From: an uncultured Planctomycetales bacterium
GTDB taxonomy: Bacteria > Planctomycetota > Phycisphaerae > UBA1845 > PWPN01
Reading direction: 5' to 3'
DNA length: 34,269 bases
Assembly (NCBI GenBank): GCA_964569525.1
Contig: CAZMVS010000138.1
Coordinates: 1-34,269, forward strand
The notes under the pieces were generated by a model that made no database searches, had not been told where the DNA came from, and was given only the letters and a program-made list of their open reading frames with translations. This document shows, piece after piece, positions 31,968-34,269 of this stretch. The position numbers and the translations under genes are program-made. Within the stretch, counting starts at the first letter, position 1. The number at the start of each line of letters is the position of its first letter.

Positions 31968-33335
31968 ATGTCCAACCAGAAAACAAGAGAATTAACACCT
32001 AAAGAGATTGTTGAGGCCTTAGATAAATACATCATCGGCCAAAACGAAGCCAAGCGGGCGGTCGCCGTGGCGGTTCGCAATCGCTGGCGCCGCCAACAGC
32101 TGCCCGAAAATATGCGGGCCGAAGTGGGACCTAAAAATATTCTCATGATGGGACCGACCGGAGTGGGAAAAACCGAAATCGCCCGCCGACTGGCCAAGCT
32201 GGTCAACGCTCCATTCTGCAAAGTTGAAGCAACCAAGTTTACCGAGGTGGGTTACCATGGCCGGGATGTCGAAAGTATCGTCCGTGACCTGGTCGACTTG
32301 GCCGTGCACATGGTCCGCCAGGAACAAACCGAAGTGGTTCGCCAGGAAGCGGAACGCCTCACTGAAGAGCGCTTGCTGGATGCTTTGCTTCCCGGTTCGC
32401 AACAAAGCGCTACTTATTACGACGATTCCCAGTCGGAAAGCGAGGACGGCCAGAAGCGGCAACGGACTCGGGATAAATTCCGCCAGCGCCTGCGCGACGG
32501 CGAACTCGAGGATCGGGATGTAGAGATCACTGCTGAAGAAAAATCAATGCCCGTGGGTATGATGGCGACCATCGGGATGGACCAGATGGATCCAGAAGTA
32601 CAAAACTTTTTTGATAAGCTTATACCATCACAAGCGAAAAGCCGTCGAATGCCCATCCGTGAAGCTCGTAAGGTGCTCTTCGACCAAACTTGCGATCAGC
32701 TCATCGATCGGGAAAAAGTCACGGAGATGGCCATCAATCGGGCCGAAAATAACGGGATCGTGTTCCTTGATGAGATCGACAAGGTGGCTGCTACCGGCAA
32801 GGCCCATGGCCCGGACGTTTCCCGCCAAGGCGTGCAGCGTGATTTACTGCCCATTATCGAAGGCTGCGCGGTAAACACCCGCCATGGTGTAGTGCGTACC
32901 GATCATATTCTTTTTATTGCTGCGGGTGCTTTCACATCCAGTAAACCCTCGGACTTGATGCCTGAATTACAAGGTCGGCTACCCATTCGCGTGGAGCTGA
33001 ACGATCTGACCAAGGACGATTTCGTACGCATCTTGACCGAACCGCAAAACGCTTTGACCCGTCAGCATGTCTCTTTAATGGCTACCGAGGGAGTATTCGT
33101 GGAATTTACCGAAGACGCCGTCAAAGCCATGGCGGAAATCGCTTCCGAGGTCAATCGTAACATGATGAACATTGGAGCCCGGCGACTTTATACCATTATG
33201 GAAAAGGTCTTGGAAGAATTGTCCTTTAACGCTCCGGACCACCACGGGGAAACCATTACAGTTGATGAAAACCATGTCCGCGAACAACTGTTGGCCATTT
33301 ACAAGGACGAGGATCTGAGTCGCTTTATCCTTTAA
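31968..33335 (+). CDS. hslU: ATP-dependent protease ATPase subunit HslU
   Basis: LTPKEIVEALDKYIIGQNEAKRAVAVAVRNRWRR, Walker A GPTGVGKTEIARRLA, and IVFLDEIDKV. Confidence 0.95.
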   Translation: MSNQKTRELTPKEIVEALDKYIIGQNEAKRAVAVAVRNRWRRQQLPENMRAEVGPKNILMMGPTGVGKTEIARRLAKLVNAPFCKVEATKFTEVGYHGRDVESIVRDLVDLAVHMVRQEQTEVVRQEAERLTEERLLDALLPGSQQSATYYDDSQSESEDGQKRQRTRDKFRQRLRDGELEDRDVEITAEEKSMPVGMMATIGMDQMDPEVQNFFDKLIPSQAKSRRMPIREARKVLFDQTCDQLIDREKVTEMAINRAENNGIVFLDEIDKVAATGKAHGPDVSRQGVQRDLLPIIEGCAVNTRHGVVRTDHILFIAAGAFTSSKPSDLMPELQGRLPIRVELNDLTKDDFVRILTEPQNALTRQHVSLMATEGVFVEFTEDAVKAMAEIASEVNRNMMNIGARRLYTIMEKVLEELSFNAPDHHGETITVDENHVREQLLAIYKDEDLSRFIL

Positions 33336-33371
33336 TCTCTTGGTAGCCGCTCACAAAACACTTGGTGGACG

Positions 33372-34269
33372 ATGTTGCAAAAATCCCGGTACAGTAGGCT
33401 GATCTTCATAGTAATGATTGGTGCAAGTCTTCTGATGTTGTCCGCCGGGTGCCGGGATAGTACCGGTCCTCAGACCGCCCAGCATGCCCGCGAAGTCATG
33501 GGTACCTTGGCGGAAATCACAGCGGTGGCTGATGACCAAGATACTGCCAGCCATGCCGTACAGACCGCTTATCAACGCCTCGATCAGCTTGAGCAACTGA
33601 TGAGCACTTATAAACCGAATAGTGAGATCAGCCGTCTGAATCGCCTCTCCGCCGGCCAATCCATGAAGCTGTCTTCGGATACTTTTCGTGTCCTTCAAAA
33701 ATCGCTGTGCGTGGCCGAACAGAGTGGCGGTGCCTTCGATATTACTTGCCGACCATTGCTCAATCTATGGAAAGAGGCGGCGCAAAATGACCATCTTCCC
33801 GATAAATATAAATTGAAACAGACCTTGGAACACATCGGCTCGCATTATTTGCGATTAAACCCTGAAGATCAATCGGTCACCGTGATGATCGACGGACTTC
33901 AGGTTGATTTGGGCGGCATCGCCAAAGGTTATGGACTGGACGCCGCGGCCGAAACCATGCAAAAAGTCGGAGCGACCAGCGGATTGGTCAATGTGGGAGG
34001 TGACGTTTTAGCTTTTGGCCGGCGGTCGGACGGCCGACATTGGACAATTGGTATTCGCAATGCTTTCGGTCCCGGCCTGATGGGTAAACTGAAGGTAACC
34101 AATCGGGCCGTTACCACTTCCGGTATTCAACAACGTTTTTATAACATCAAGGGGGAAAGGTATTCCCATATCATTGATCCGCGTACGGGCCTGTCTGCTG
34201 AACAGGCTCCCAGTGTGACGGTCATTGCTGACCAGGCGATTGACGCCGACGCATGGGCCACGGTGTTCA
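33372..34269 (+). CDS. apbE: FAD:protein FMN transferase (ApbE family) lipoprotein; the 3' end runs off the window
   Basis: Absent from the ORF track because there is no stop codon in the window. My translation from ATG 33372 reads MLQKSRYSRLIFIVMIGASLLMLSAGC..., with MGTLAEI, GGAFDIT, LGGIAKGYGLD, TTSGIQQRF and SHIIDPRTG. Confidence 0.85.
   Translation, partial: MLQKSRYSRLIFIVMIGASLLMLSAGCRDSTGPQTAQHAREVMGTLAEITAVADDQDTASHAVQTAYQRLDQLEQLMSTYKPNSEISRLNRLSAGQSMKLSSDTFRVLQKSLCVAEQSGGAFDITCRPLLNLWKEAAQNDHLPDKYKLKQTLEHIGSHYLRLNPEDQSVTVMIDGLQVDLGGIAKGYGLDAAAETMQKVGATSGLVNVGGDVLAFGRRSDGRHWTIGIRNAFGPGLMGKLKVTNRAVTTSGIQQRFYNIKGERYSHIIDPRTGLSAEQAPSVTVIADQAIDADAWATVF

Noticed and set aside
33351-33698. 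115-aa minus-strand ORF after hslU
   Set aside because: It is antisense to the clearly recognisable ApbE-family lipoprotein gene that starts at 33372.
1-34269. Search by eye for mobile elements, CRISPR arrays, prophage genes, toxin-antitoxin pairs, and rRNA or tRNA genes
   Set aside because: I found no direct-repeat arrays, no terminal inverted repeats, no transposase, integrase or recombinase motifs, and no structured-RNA hallmarks. A computational scan (ISfinder, CRISPRCasFinder, tRNAscan-SE, Infernal/Rfam) would be needed to exclude them formally.

Overview
This is a 34.3-kb chromosomal window from a bacterium of about 50% GC. The gene content suggests a Planctomycetota-like organism, which is inference only: a Tat-signal Gfo/Idh/MocA oxidoreductase, many lipoproteins, giant Q/E-rich coiled-coil proteins and sigma-54 regulation. 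All domain calls come from reading motifs by eye; no searches were run. I saw no rRNA, tRNA, CRISPR array, transposase or integrase.

Layout:
- (1) 1-4593, minus strand. A tightly packed cluster that appears to depend on sigma-54: PAS/AAA+ enhancer-binding protein, two DUF5320-like RGG/RGW-rich paralogues (one fused to a 2x[4Fe-4S] ferredoxin), a DUF89 phosphatase-like protein, a NifX/NifB-C-like protein and a MinD-type ATPase with a ferredoxin insert.
- (2) 4843-6806. An archaeal Cbf5-type pseudouridine synthase convergent with nadA.
- (3) 7028-13580, minus strand. A 1991-aa protein (ExeA/GspA-like AAA ATPase plus about 1700 aa of coiled coil with internal super-repeats), translationally coupled to a small membrane protein.
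- (4) 13886-19914. Oxidoreductase, a decayed methyltransferase remnant inside an AT-rich gap, a di-haem cytochrome c peroxidase with a sigma-54-type promoter, a sigma-70-family factor, and two pterin-4a-carbinolamine dehydratase paralogues flanking a lipoprotein.
- (5) 20011-24732, minus strand. The best candidate for an undescribed system: five coupled genes encoding a disordered acidic protein, a coiled-coil protein, a cysteine-less FGE/SUMF1-fold protein, a zinc-ribbon P-loop GTPase and a GAP1-like partner.
- (6) 25083-34269. Small hypothetical proteins, a beta-carbonic-anhydrase-like mini-protein, a UVR-domain protein, three exported thioredoxin-fold proteins, a methyltransferase, hslVU and apbE (partial).
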